Positions 1 through 9,069 of a DNA stretch of 64,000 nt are shown one piece after another. The notes beneath the pieces are model-generated. The model saw only the letters and a program-made list of their open reading frames with translations, had not been told where the DNA came from and did no database searches. The DNA is taken from assembly GCA_030527285.1 (NCBI GenBank), contig JAUNBC010000007.1, positions 13,335 to 77,334 of the forward strand. Direction: 5' to 3'. Made by a program: the position numbers and the translations under genes. This DNA is from Bacillota bacterium. Lineage in GTDB: Bacteria > Bacillota > Dehalobacteriia > UBA4068. The first letter of the stretch is position 1; the number at the start of each line of letters is the position of its first letter.

Positions 1-1424
1 AGCAGCTGCATCCGCTGTGGCCAGCCGAGCGTGGAAAAAGGCCACAACGCGGAGGAGAACCAGGTATCGAGCACATCGGGATCCTGCTCCAAGCGCTGGC
101 CGCCGCATTTGGGGCAAACGCTGGGATCGTCCTTCCGGCAGATCACCTCGCCGCAATCCTGACAATACCAGACCGGGATACGGTGCCCCCACCATAGCTG
201 GCGCGAGATGCACCAGTCGCGGATATTCTCCATCCAGCCGGTGTAGATCTTGGTGAAGCGCGCGGGCACGAACTGCGTCTCGCCGGAGGTCACAACGTCG
301 ATAGCGGGGCCGGCCAGCGGCTGCATCCTGACGAACCATTGCGGCGAGACCAGCGGTTCCACCGCCGTACCGCAGCGATAGCACTCGCCCACCGCATGCT
401 CTAAATCGCTGATATCCTCGAGCAGACCGAGCGAACGGAACTCCTCGACGATCTCCTTGCGGCATTCCAGCAGCTCCATGCCGGCGTATTTGCCGGCGTT
501 CTCGTTCATCCGCCCATCCTTGCCGATAACGGTGACCTGCTCCAAGCCATGACGCAGGCCGATCTCGAAGTCGTTGGGGTCATGGGCGGGCGTGATCTTG
601 ACCGCGCCGGTACCGAACTCCATATCGCAGTACTCGTCGGCGATGATCGGTATCTCCTTGCCGACGATCGGCAGCAGCACCGTCTTGCCTATTTTGCCGG
701 TATAGCGGGCGTCGTCGGGATGCACCGCCACCGCCGTATCGCCGAGCATCGTCTCGGGGCGCGTGGTGGCGACCACCACATAGCCGGAGCCGTCGCTATA
801 GGGGTATTTGAGATGCCAAAGATGGCCGGCATGATTGGTATGCTCGACCTCGATATCGGAGATGGTGGTCTGGCAATGCGAGCACCAGTTGACGATATAA
901 GAGCCGCGATAGATCAGCCCCTTGTTGTACAGCTCGACAAAGGTCTCGCGCACCGCCTCGGAGCAGCCCTCGTCCATAGTGAAGCGCTCATGCTCCCAGT
1001 CGCAGGAAGAACCGAGCATCGATAGCTGCCTGACGATGCGCTCATGGTATTTATGCTTCCACTCCCAGCATTTATCGACAAAGGCCTCGCGCCCCAGCTC
1101 ATCCTTGCTGATGCCTTCCTGAGCCAGCGCCTCCTCGACCTTGGCCTGAGTGGCGATGCCGGCATGATCGGTGCCGGGCAGCCAAAAGGCGCGGCAGCCC
1201 TGCATACGCCGCCAGCGGGTCAGCACGTCTTGCAGGGTATTATCCAGCGCATGACCCATATGCAGCTGCCCGGTAACATTGGGCGGCGGCATGACGATGC
1301 AGAAAGGCTCGCCTTCGGGATTGACGTCGCAGCTGAAATAACCGTTATCCCGCCACAGCGGATACCACTTCTTCTCTACCTCCTGTGGCTTGTACTGGGG
1401 GTCAAGCTGTTTGTTATCTTCCAT
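1..1424 (-). CDS. valS: Valyl-tRNA synthetase, N-terminal ~474 aa (3' end lies off-window)
   Basis: It has no stop in the window, so it is missing from the ORF track. My reverse-complement translation from the ATG at 1424 gives [78 protein letters not shown]. This is the class-I HIGH region and ValRS N-terminal layout. A TGTATAAT extended -10 lies about 45 nt upstream. Confidence 0.85.
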   Translation of the reverse strand, partial: MEDNKQLDPQYKPQEVEKKWYPLWRDNGYFSCDVNPEGEPFCIVMPPPNVTGQLHMGHALDNTLQDVLTRWRRMQGCRAFWLPGTDHAGIATQAKVEEALAQEGISKDELGREAFVDKCWEWKHKYHERIVRQLSMLGSSCDWEHERFTMDEGCSEAVRETFVELYNKGLIYRGSYIVNWCSHCQTTISDIEVEHTNHAGHLWHLKYPYSDGSGYVVVATTRPETMLGDTAVAVHPDDARYTGKIGKTVLLPIVGKEIPIIADEYCDMEFGTGAVKITPAHDPNDFEIGLRHGLEQVTVIGKDGRMNENAGKYAGMELLECRKEIVEEFRSLGLLEDISDLEHAVGECYRCGTAVEPLVSPQWFVRMQPLAGPAIDVVTSGETQFVPARFTKIYTGWMENIRDWCISRQLWWGHRIPVWYCQDCGEVICRKDDPSVCPKCGGQRLEQDPDVLDTWFSSALWPFSTLGWPQRMQL

Positions 1425-1487
1425 AACCAACACTCCAAATCGATGATAATGAATAGCACTATCTATTAATTATACACTTTTTCGCCG

Positions 1488-1724
1488 CTAATACAAGGGT
1501 TTTTCCTCATCATCAGCCTTTTCCTCCAACAGGCGCGCCTTTTTCCACGCCGCCGCGCCGAGCGGGACGAGCGGCGCTAAGACCAGCAGCAGCAGCCACA
1601 ATCCGAACCATAACCGCATATCCGCCACCGCCGGCGCAGCAGCGCGCGCGGCAACGAGCAGCAGCGTCGCCGGTCCGGCCAGCGCGACCAGCGCTACGGC
1701 GGCGATGATCTGCCGTTTGAGCAT
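1488..1724 (-). CDS. Small hydrophobic protein (two predicted TM helices), unknown function
   Basis: 78-aa ORF with two long Ala/Leu/Val-rich stretches and an acidic tail. No recognisable family. Confidence 0.4.
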   Translation of the reverse strand: MLKRQIIAAVALVALAGPATLLLVAARAAAPAVADMRLWFGLWLLLLVLAPLVPLGAAAWKKARLLEEKADDEEKPLY

Positions 1725-1858
1725 GCTCTCACCCCCTTTTCCCTTGACAAACCTTATTCACAGATATAATATTTAATCAATGCCGAAACGAGGGAAAATA
1801 TGCCGCAAAATCTGCTCAAAGAAAGGAGCCGCACCGGATAGCGGCGCTGCGCCAAACG

Positions 1859-2761
1859 ATGCGACATCTGCCGAATAACACGAACATAGCGGTATTGAGC
1901 CTGCTGTTCATCAGCGTCATTTGGGGCGTGCATTTTGCAATACTGAAGATCATGCTCGAAACGCTGCCGCCATTATGGATGACCGCGCTGCGCTATGGCG
2001 GGGCGGCGCTGCTGTTGGCCGTAGTGCTCAACCGGCGGCTGCGCACGATCGACAGGCCTATGCTGGCCGGCTCGCTGCCAATGCTGCTGTTTCTGGTCGC
2101 CGGTATACTGATACAGGCGGTGGGGCTGCAGTTTACGGCGGCGGGCAACGCCTCGTTCATCCTCAGCACCTATGTGGTGCTGACGCCTTTCGTCGCCTAC
2201 TTTTTTGGCAAAAAACTGCTGGGAGCCAATATTTGGGTGGCGCTGGTAACGCTGTTCGGCCTGTTTCTTTTCTCCTATGACCCAAGCAGCACTCTGACCA
2301 AAGGCGATGCGATGATGCTGGCGGTATCGGTATTCTGGGCGCTGCATATCACCTTTTTAGGGCAGGTGGTGCAAAAGCATGACCCGCTGATCATCGGCTT
2401 TTTGCAAGTGGCGGCGGCCTGCGTATGCTCCCTGGCCGGCGCATTGCTCTTGGAAGAGCTGCCACCGCTGGCGGCGGCGACTCCGCGCCTGCTGTGGTCG
2501 CTGCTGTACAGCGTGGTGCTGGCTACCGCGCTCGGCTTTATCATCCAGCCATGGGCGCAGAAATATGTGGCGGCGGCGCCGGCGGCGGTGTTAATGATGA
2601 GCCAATCGGTATTCGGCGCGGTGGCCGGCTGGGTAATGCTGAACGAAATGTTCAGCACCCGCCAGTATATCGGCGCGGCGGTCATCCTGCTGAGCATCGG
2701 CGCGTCGATACTGATCAACACCAGGCACGCGGCAAAAAAACCGGCCGCTGCGGAAAATTAG
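1859..2761 (+). CDS. EamA/DMT-family permease
   Basis: 300 aa, about 10 hydrophobic segments in two similar halves, typical of the drug/metabolite transporter (EamA) fold. Confidence 0.75.
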   Translation: MRHLPNNTNIAVLSLLFISVIWGVHFAILKIMLETLPPLWMTALRYGGAALLLAVVLNRRLRTIDRPMLAGSLPMLLFLVAGILIQAVGLQFTAAGNASFILSTYVVLTPFVAYFFGKKLLGANIWVALVTLFGLFLFSYDPSSTLTKGDAMMLAVSVFWALHITFLGQVVQKHDPLIIGFLQVAAACVCSLAGALLLEELPPLAAATPRLLWSLLYSVVLATALGFIIQPWAQKYVAAAPAAVLMMSQSVFGAVAGWVMLNEMFSTRQYIGAAVILLSIGASILINTRHAAKKPAAAEN

Positions 2762-2762
2762 C

Positions 2763-2791
2763 TTGCAGTTTACGCCGGTTTGAGATATACT
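2763..2791 (+). promoter_or_regulatory. Sigma-70-type promoter for the tRNA-Gly/tRNA-Arg unit
   Basis: TTGCAG (2763-2768), 17-nt spacer, TATACT (2786-2791), about 17 nt before the tRNA 5' end. Confidence 0.5.
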
Positions 2792-2807
2792 AAGTTCTGC
2801 GTTATCT

Positions 2808-2881
2808 GCGGGTGTAGCTCAATGGCAGAGCTCCAGCCTTCCAAGCTGGCCACGTGGGTTCGATTCCCATCACCCGCTCCA
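2808..2881 (+). tRNA. tRNA-Gly (anticodon UCC), CCA encoded
   Basis: Acceptor GCGGGTG/CACCCGC, D-arm GCTC..GAGC, anticodon stem CCAGC/GCTGG with loop CTTCCAA, T-arm GTGGG-TTCGATT-CCCAT, 3' TCCA. Confidence 0.9.
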
Positions 2882-3233
2882 TATCAAAGCCCCTTCGGGG
2901 CTTTGATATGGAGTACGACCGGTGGTGTCCAAGCTGCGGTTTTGCGCAGCAAAAGCCAGCTTCAGACCATCACCCGCTCTACCTCTGAAGCTCTAAAGAG
3001 GCTTTGATATGGAGTGCGACCGGTAGTGTCCAAGCTGCGGTTTTGCGCAGCAAAAGCCAGCTTCAGACCATCACCCGTTCTACCTCTAAATCTCTAAAGA
3101 GGCTTTGATATGGAGTACGATCGGTAGTGTCTGAGCTGCGGTTTTGCGCAGCAAAAGCCAGCTTCAGACCATCACCCGCTCTACCTCTGAAGCTCTAAAG
3201 AGGCTTTGATATGGAGTATGATCTGAATACTAT
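2867..3233 (+). repeat. Tandem array of 3.6 x ~101-bp units. Each unit is a tRNA-Gly 3' fragment, a small hairpin and a 39-nt bulged palindrome.
   Basis: CCATCACCCGCTC occurs at 2867, 2967, 3068 (one C>T) and 3169. Palindrome cores are at 2928-2966, 3029-3067 and 3130-3168. The array ends at the tRNA-Arg 5' end. Confidence 0.9.
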
Positions 3234-3310
<77 letters not shown>

Positions 3311-3395
3311 AACGTATTAAAATCCGAACGCACCCGCTACATCTTCACCGGCGGCGTGTTCGGGGTCGTGATCAAGCGCTGATCCCGACAGCAGC

Positions 3396-3425
3396 AAAAA
3401 GCAGACGCTCGCCGTCTGCTTTTTC
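3396..3425 (+). terminator. Rho-independent terminator after the tRNA pair
   Basis: AAAAAGCAGACG-CTCGC-CGTCTGCTTTTTC: a GC stem flanked by A and T tracts. Confidence 0.7.
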
Positions 3426-3512
3426 TATTATATTCATCGGCGCTCCCGCCGCACGCGCATCGGCGGCGCTTCGTCCGCTTCCGTCATTTTAGCGCATATT
3501 GCCAGTTTATGC

Positions 3513-3541
3513 TTGCCAAACGCGCCATATCCTGCTATACT
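3513..3541 (+). promoter_or_regulatory. Promoter of the hom-thrB-lysC operon
   Basis: TTGCCA (3513-3518), 17-nt spacer, TATACT (3536-3541). Confidence 0.55.
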
Positions 3542-3584
3542 GAAATGTAATATTTACTCAGATCAGGTAAGGGAGCGGGGCAAA

Positions 3585-4895
3585 ATGAAAAAAGACGCGA
3601 TAAATGTCGGCATCATCGGCGCAGGTACGGTCGGCGGCGGCGCCGCGGCCGTGCTGGTAAGAAACGCCGAGCTGATCGCCCATCGTGCGGCGCCGATACG
3701 TCTGGCCGCCATCGCCGAGCTGGATCGCGCGCGCGGCGAGGCTTTATGCAGCGAGCTGTCTCTGCCCTTCGACATACTGACCGACGATTGGCTTACGCTG
3801 GTCGGCGATCCCGATATCGACATCATCGTGGAGACCATCGGCGGCGTGGAGCTGGCTCATCAGATCATCAGCAGCGCGCTCAAGGCCGGCAAATCGGTAG
3901 TCACCGCCAATAAAGACCTGATGGCTACTCATGGCGGCGAGCTGCTGAATATCGCGGGCGAGATGAAGACCGATCTCTTCTTTGAAGCGGCGGTGGCCGG
4001 CGGCATACCAATCATCCAGTCGGTCAAGGAAGGCTTTGCCGGCAACCGTATCGGCCAGATCATGGGCATCGTCAACGGCACTACCAATTATATATTGACC
4101 AGGATGAGCGAAAGCGGCGCGGATTATGCCGAGGCGCTGGCGGAGGCGCAGGCGCTGGGGTACGCCGAGGCCGATCCTACCTCGGACGTGGCCGGACATG
4201 ACGCCGCGCGCAAGATGGCGATATTAGCTTCCATCGCCTTCAACAGCCGCGTCAGCTTCGATATGGTGCCCTGCGAGGGCATAGACAAGATCTCCGCCTG
4301 GGATATCGCCTATGCCGAGCAATTTGGCTATGCGATCAAGATGCTGGGTATCGCGCGCAGCGACGGGCAGCTCATTGACGTGCGCGTGCATCCGCTGATG
4401 ATATCCAAATCGCATCCGCTGGCGGCGGTGCGCGATTCGTATAACGCCATTTTCGTACAGGGCGACGCGCTGGGCAGCGCCATGCTCTACGGACGCGGCG
4501 CGGGCGCTCTGCCCACCGGCAGCGCCATCGCCGGCGATATCATCAACGCCACGCGCAATATCCTGCATGATTCCAAGGCGCGCTGGGGCTGCACCTGCCA
4601 TTTGGAATTGCCGGTGCTGCCGCTGGACGAAACGCTGAGCAAATACTACGTGCGCATTTGCGTCTTTGACCGCATCGGCGTATTTGCCGAGCTGTCCGAG
4701 GCGCTGACCGCCAATAATATCTCCATGGACTCGGTAATGCAGAAACGCCGTCTGACCGACGATAGAGCCGAGATCGTGCTGATCACCCATCAGGTGCGGC
4801 ATGCCGATATGATGGCGGCGCTGAACGATATCGAGCGGCTGGATTGCGTCTGCGAAGTGTCCGACTACATACGCGTGGAGGATGAAAGCATCTGA
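3585..4895 (+). CDS. hom: Homoserine dehydrogenase
   Basis: An internal Met with an AAGGGAG RBS starts MKKDAINVGIIGAGTVGGG (NAD-binding Rossmann motif). The C-terminal ACT-like region is typical of Hom. The upstream part of track ORF 3513.. is taken as non-coding. Confidence 0.9.
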   Translation: MKKDAINVGIIGAGTVGGGAAAVLVRNAELIAHRAAPIRLAAIAELDRARGEALCSELSLPFDILTDDWLTLVGDPDIDIIVETIGGVELAHQIISSALKAGKSVVTANKDLMATHGGELLNIAGEMKTDLFFEAAVAGGIPIIQSVKEGFAGNRIGQIMGIVNGTTNYILTRMSESGADYAEALAEAQALGYAEADPTSDVAGHDAARKMAILASIAFNSRVSFDMVPCEGIDKISAWDIAYAEQFGYAIKMLGIARSDGQLIDVRVHPLMISKSHPLAAVRDSYNAIFVQGDALGSAMLYGRGAGALPTGSAIAGDIINATRNILHDSKARWGCTCHLELPVLPLDETLSKYYVRICVFDRIGVFAELSEALTANNISMDSVMQKRRLTDDRAEIVLITHQVRHADMMAALNDIERLDCVCEVSDYIRVEDESI

Positions 4896-5809
4896 TGCTA
4901 AAGCTGCGTATTCCGGCCGCCACAGCCAACCTGGGCTGCGGTTATGATACCTTTGGCATGGCGCTCGGCTATTATAACTATCTGGAATTTGCCGAGGCGG
5001 AGCAATATGACCTGCGCATCATCGGCGAGGGCGAGGGGCATCTGCCCCGCAACAACGCCAACTTAGTGGTGCGCGCCGCCGCTGCCGCCTATGAGCTGGC
5101 GGGGCGGAGCATGCCGCCGCTGGCGCTGACAGCGCATAATAACATCCCGCTGTCGCGCGGCATGGGCAGCTCCTCGTCGGCGATCGTGGCCGGCATTATG
5201 GCCGCCAACACGCTGATGGGCGATCCGCTGGACCGGCCGGCGCTGTTAGAGCTGGCGGCCAAGCTCGAGGGGCATCCCGATAACGTCGCGCCGGCCATAT
5301 ACGGCGGCTTCACCATCACCGCCCATGAGGGCGGCCGCCTGTACTGCAAAAAGCTGACGCTGCCGCCGCAGCTGCGCGTACTGCTGGCGATACCCTCCTT
5401 TACCGTAGCGACGAAAAAGGCGCGCGCCATCCTGCCGCGGCAGGTAGCGCTGACCGACGCCGTATTTAATATCTCGCATGCGGCCTATATGGCGGCCGCG
5501 CTGGCCGAGGGCGATATACGCGGCTTCGGCGCGATGCTGTTCGACCGCCTGCATCAGCCCTACCGCTATCAGCTGGTCAGAGGCGCGCAGGACGTAGCCG
5601 ACGCAGCAGTCGCCGCCGGAGCTATCGGCTGCGTCTTATCCGGCTCCGGCCCGACCATGGCCGCCTTTTCCGAGGACGACGAGCCGCTGAACGCCGGTAT
5701 CGCCGCCGCGATGAGCGAGGCTTTTGCACGAAACGGCGTAAGCTGCCGTATGATGATACTGAATACCGATAATCGGGGCGCCGCCCTTATGGAGCAGGAG
5801 GAAGAATAA
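4895..5809 (+). CDS. thrB: Homoserine kinase
   Basis: GHMP-kinase motif PLSRGMGSSSSAIVAG. Start overlaps the hom stop (ATGA-type coupling). Confidence 0.9.
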   Translation: MLKLRIPAATANLGCGYDTFGMALGYYNYLEFAEAEQYDLRIIGEGEGHLPRNNANLVVRAAAAAYELAGRSMPPLALTAHNNIPLSRGMGSSSSAIVAGIMAANTLMGDPLDRPALLELAAKLEGHPDNVAPAIYGGFTITAHEGGRLYCKKLTLPPQLRVLLAIPSFTVATKKARAILPRQVALTDAVFNISHAAYMAAALAEGDIRGFGAMLFDRLHQPYRYQLVRGAQDVADAAVAAGAIGCVLSGSGPTMAAFSEDDEPLNAGIAAAMSEAFARNGVSCRMMILNTDNRGAALMEQEEE

Positions 5810-5813
5810 AACC

Positions 5814-7058
5814 ATGTCTATCGTAGTACAGAAATTCGGCGGCTCCTCCGTGGGCAGTCCGGAACGCATGCGGCGCGTGGCGCGGCGTATCGCCGAGACT
5901 GCGGACGCCGGCAACAAGGTAGCGGTGGTAGTATCGGCAATGGGCGATACCACCGACGATCTGATCGCGCTGGCGCAGCAATTGACCACCCGCCCGCCGG
6001 CGCGGGAAATGGATATGCTGCTCTCCACCGGCGAGCAGATCTCGATCTCGCTGCTGGCGATGACATTGCAGGAGATGGGTTATGCGGCGATATCGCTGAC
6101 CGGCAGGCAGGCCGGTTATCATACCTGCGGTACCTACGCCAAGGCCAAGATCGTCGCCATGGATAGCGTGCGCGTGCTCGATGAGCTGAATAAGGGCAAT
6201 ATCGTCATCGTCGCCGGCTTTCAGGGCACCGACAAGCGCGGCGAGATCAATACGCTGGGACGCGGCGGCTCCGACACCTCGGCGGTAGCGCTGGCGGTGG
6301 CCTTGGAGGCCGACGTATGCGAGATATTCACCGACGTGGACGGCGTATTCACCGCCGACCCGCGCGTGGTGCGCAAGGCGTGGAAAATGCCGGAGATATC
6401 ATACGACGAGATGCTGGAAATGGCGGTGATGGGGGCGCTGGTATTGCAGCCGCGCTCGGTGGAATTAGCCAAGCAATACGGCGTTAAGCTGCACGTGCGC
6501 TCCAGCTTCAATCATAGCGAAGGAACCATTGTCAAGGAGGTAGCCTGCATGTATAAGGATCTGGAAAAGGAATTGGTAGTCAGCGGCGTGGCGCATGATA
6601 TGAACGTGCTGAAAACGACGATTTTCGGCGTGCCCGACAGCCCCGGCGTGGCCGGCGAGATCTTTGGCCGGCTGGCGGCGGAGAAGATCAACGTCGATAT
6701 GATCATTCAAAGCGGCAGCCGCGATACCCGGCAGGATATTTCCTTTACCACCGGCCGCGACGAACGGCATAAGATAGAGCGTATTTTGACCGAGATCGTG
6801 CGGCAGCTGCCGGCGGAGAGCTATATGATCATCGACACCATCGCCAAGGTATCGGTGATCGGCGCAGGCATGATCACCAATCCCGGCGTGGCCGCCACCA
6901 CCTTCCGCACGCTGGCCGGTATCGGCTGCAATATCGACATGATCGCCACCTCGGAGATACGTATTTCCTGCATCATCGACGAGACCAAGGTCACCGAGGC
7001 GGCGCTGGCGCTGCATACGGCTTTTGGCTTAGACGCGGCTCCGGCTATTGACAATTAG
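5814..7058 (+). CDS. lysC: Aspartate kinase with C-terminal ACT domains
   Basis: N-terminus MSIVVQKFGGSSVG, then VVVSAMGDTTD, and two ACT-like repeats at the C-terminus. Confidence 0.9.
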   Translation: MSIVVQKFGGSSVGSPERMRRVARRIAETADAGNKVAVVVSAMGDTTDDLIALAQQLTTRPPAREMDMLLSTGEQISISLLAMTLQEMGYAAISLTGRQAGYHTCGTYAKAKIVAMDSVRVLDELNKGNIVIVAGFQGTDKRGEINTLGRGGSDTSAVALAVALEADVCEIFTDVDGVFTADPRVVRKAWKMPEISYDEMLEMAVMGALVLQPRSVELAKQYGVKLHVRSSFNHSEGTIVKEVACMYKDLEKELVVSGVAHDMNVLKTTIFGVPDSPGVAGEIFGRLAAEKINVDMIIQSGSRDTRQDISFTTGRDERHKIERILTEIVRQLPAESYMIIDTIAKVSVIGAGMITNPGVAATTFRTLAGIGCNIDMIATSEIRISCIIDETKVTEAALALHTAFGLDAAPAIDN

Positions 7059-7076
7059 CGCAAATGCGCTTATAAT
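7048..7076 (+). promoter_or_regulatory. Consensus promoter for tRNA-Pro, embedded in the lysC 3' end
   Basis: TTGACA (7048-7053), 17 nt, TATAAT (7071-7076). Confidence 0.5.
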
Positions 7077-7105
7077 AGGCTTTGCCCGCGTTTAGCGGGC
7101 CTTGT

Positions 7106-7183
7106 CGGGGCGTAGCTCAGTTTGGCTAGAGCGCTACCTTGGGGTGGTAGAGGCCGCACGTTCAAGTCGTGTCGCTCCGACCA
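7106..7183 (+). tRNA. tRNA-Pro (anticodon GGG), CCA encoded
   Basis: Acceptor CGGGGCG/CGCTCCG, anticodon stem CTACC/GGTAG with loop TTGGGGT, T-loop TTCAAGT, 3' ACCA. Confidence 0.9.
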
Positions 7184-7214
7184 GAAAACCAGCATCCTGC
7201 GGATGCTGGTTTTC
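7184..7214 (+). terminator. Rho-independent terminator after tRNA-Pro
   Basis: GAAAACCAGCATCC-TGCG-GATGCTGGTTTTC. Confidence 0.7.
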
Positions 7215-7387
7215 TTTCGCCGCGTATTGAAATAAGCACGCACTAATGATAAGCTATGAAGAGGCATGGGAGGATAAACGACGGAGAAAACGGCATTCTT
7301 CCGCATACCGGCGCATGGGCATAAACAAACACATCTTTGCCTCCGCGCGCATATAATTCTACCACTGATACCGCATAAGGAGCGCTC

Positions 7388-8272
7388 ATGACCCGCACGC
7401 CGACACAAATGGCCTATCGTGTATCGATCAAAAGCATGGTGATAAACCTGCTGCTATTCCTGCTCAAAGGAGCTGCCGGACTGTTGGCCGGCTCGATGAG
7501 CCTGCTCGCCGACGCGGTGCATTCGCTGACCGATATTTTCAGCACCGGGCTGGTGATGATCGGCTTCAGGCTCTCCGGCAAGCCCGCCGACCCCGAGCAT
7601 CCGTATGGGCATGAGAAGATCGAATGCGTGATCGCGCTGCTGCTGGGACTGATGCTGTTCGGCGTCGGCGCGGCTATCGGCTATCAGGGCGCGCTCAAGC
7701 TGCGCGACCCCGCCGCCGTCTCCGGCAGTCTGGCGGCGTTTGAATACCTGGCCATGGGAGCGGCCTTGATCTCGATCATTACCAAAGAATGGATGTATCG
7801 CTACACCGTCAAATGCGCGAAACAAATACAATCCCCGTCGCTGACCGCCGACGCCTGGCATCACCGCTCCGACGCGCTGTCCTCTATCGGCAGCCTGACC
7901 GGCGTGACCGGCATCTATTTAGGCTATCCGGTAGTTGACGTTATCGCCTGCTTTATCATCTCGCTGTTCATCTTCAAGGCCGCCTTTGATATATGCGCCG
8001 ACGCTTGCCGCCGCATGATCGACGCCGCCGGCGACAGCTCGAGGATCGACGCGATCAAAAAGGTCATCCTCGACAATCCCGAGGTGCTGTCGCTGGATAT
8101 GATGCGCACGCGCGTCTTTGGCTCCAAGCTGTATGTGGATGTGGAGGTAACGCTTGACAAAAGCATCAGCTTTGAGCAGGCGCATCATATCGCGCATCTG
8201 ATACATGACGGCGTAGAGCGTGATTGCGCGGAGGTCAAGCATTGTATGGTGCACGTCAACCCCTCTGAGTAA
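7388..8272 (+). CDS. Cation diffusion facilitator (CDF) family metal exporter
   Basis: 294 aa, six TM segments. CDF signature HSLTDIF and HHRSDALSS metal-site motifs, plus a C-terminal cytoplasmic domain. Confidence 0.85.
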   Translation: MTRTPTQMAYRVSIKSMVINLLLFLLKGAAGLLAGSMSLLADAVHSLTDIFSTGLVMIGFRLSGKPADPEHPYGHEKIECVIALLLGLMLFGVGAAIGYQGALKLRDPAAVSGSLAAFEYLAMGAALISIITKEWMYRYTVKCAKQIQSPSLTADAWHHRSDALSSIGSLTGVTGIYLGYPVVDVIACFIISLFIFKAAFDICADACRRMIDAAGDSSRIDAIKKVILDNPEVLSLDMMRTRVFGSKLYVDVEVTLDKSISFEQAHHIAHLIHDGVERDCAEVKHCMVHVNPSE

Positions 8273-8279
8273 GCGCCGC

Positions 8280-8714
8280 CTATTCAGCCGTATCCTCCTC
8301 GAGCCGCTTCAACAGCAGCTCGAGGTTTTTTATTGTCCGGGGAGCAAGGAAATGCTCGATCTTCTCCACCTGCTCCAATTCATCCTCGCTGTGATTGAGA
8401 TAGCAGAGAAAACGCTGCAGCACCGCGTGGCGGTACAACAGATAATTACCGGCTTGCAGGCCTTTATCGGTAAGAATGATATCGCCGTATTTCTCGGCCT
8501 GTAAATAACCGGCCGCCGCTAATTGCCGCACCATCTTGGTCACAGACGATGAGCGAACATGCAGCAGCTTGGACAGATTATTGACGCGTATCGGCTGCCC
8601 CGCCAGCGTCAGACGGACCATCATCTCCAGATAATCCTCCATGGCGTTGGTCAGCGGGCTGCTCTGCTGCAAGGAATAACCCTTCATCGTATAAAAGCCC
8701 TGCCGCTCATTCAT
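8280..8714 (-). CDS. DtxR/MntR-family metal-dependent transcriptional regulator
   Basis: 144 aa. N-terminal winged HTH (EDYLEMMVRL..IRVNNLSKLLHVRSSSVTKMVRQL) followed by a dimerisation helix. Divergent from feoAB. Confidence 0.8.
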   Translation of the reverse strand: MNERQGFYTMKGYSLQQSSPLTNAMEDYLEMMVRLTLAGQPIRVNNLSKLLHVRSSSVTKMVRQLAAAGYLQAEKYGDIILTDKGLQAGNYLLYRHAVLQRFLCYLNHSEDELEQVEKIEHFLAPRTIKNLELLLKRLEEDTAE

Positions 8715-8832
8715 TGCCTGTACCTCGTATGTTTCTTGAAGCTATCACCTTTTGGCCGAAGGCGAATATCATATCATAGAGAGTTTCCTCAAACTAAATA
8801 TACTAACAACTTATTCGAAAGGCGTGAGGGTT

Positions 8833-9069
8833 ATGAGTAAACAAACCTGTCTCAATGATATCAAACCCGGTCAATACGGCGTAGTCACGGCGCTGCGCAG
8901 CGGCAATTCGATGCGCCGCCGGCTGCTGGACATCGGGCTGATCGAAAATACCGTGGTCGAATGTCTGGGCCGCAGCCCGGGCGGCGACCCGTCGGCTTTC
9001 CTGATACGCGGCGCGGTGATCGCCATACGCGCCGCCGACGGCGACGGCGTATTGGTGCGCGTATCCTGA
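8833..9069 (+). CDS. feoA: Ferrous iron transport protein A
   Basis: An internal ATG after GTGAGGG begins a 78-aa SH3-like FeoA pattern (GQYGVVTALRSGNSMRRRLLDIGL..G..V). Confidence 0.85.
   Translation: MSKQTCLNDIKPGQYGVVTALRSGNSMRRRLLDIGLIENTVVECLGRSPGGDPSAFLIRGAVIAIRAADGDGVLVRVS

Noticed and set aside
1425-1858. Expected T-box leader upstream of valS
   Set aside because: Only about 60 nt, containing a TGTATAAT promoter, separate valS from the next ORF. No T-box sequence (..GGGTGGTACCGCG..) or specifier hairpin was seen.
2867-3233. Possible CRISPR array (regular ~100-bp periodicity next to tRNAs)
   Set aside because: The whole 101-bp unit repeats, so there are no unique spacers between short repeats. 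The unit contains a tRNA 3' fragment, and there are no cas genes in the window.
7216-7387. Possible metal-sensing (czcD/NiCo-type) riboswitch upstream of the CDF exporter. GAGGCA (7261-7266) can pair with TGCCTC (7338-7343), enclosing two GCATGGG motifs and a hairpin.
   Set aside because: I cannot match it to the NiCo consensus from memory. The best -10 box (TATAAT, 7352-7357) lies downstream of the structure, so it may not be transcribed as a leader. A cmscan run would be needed.
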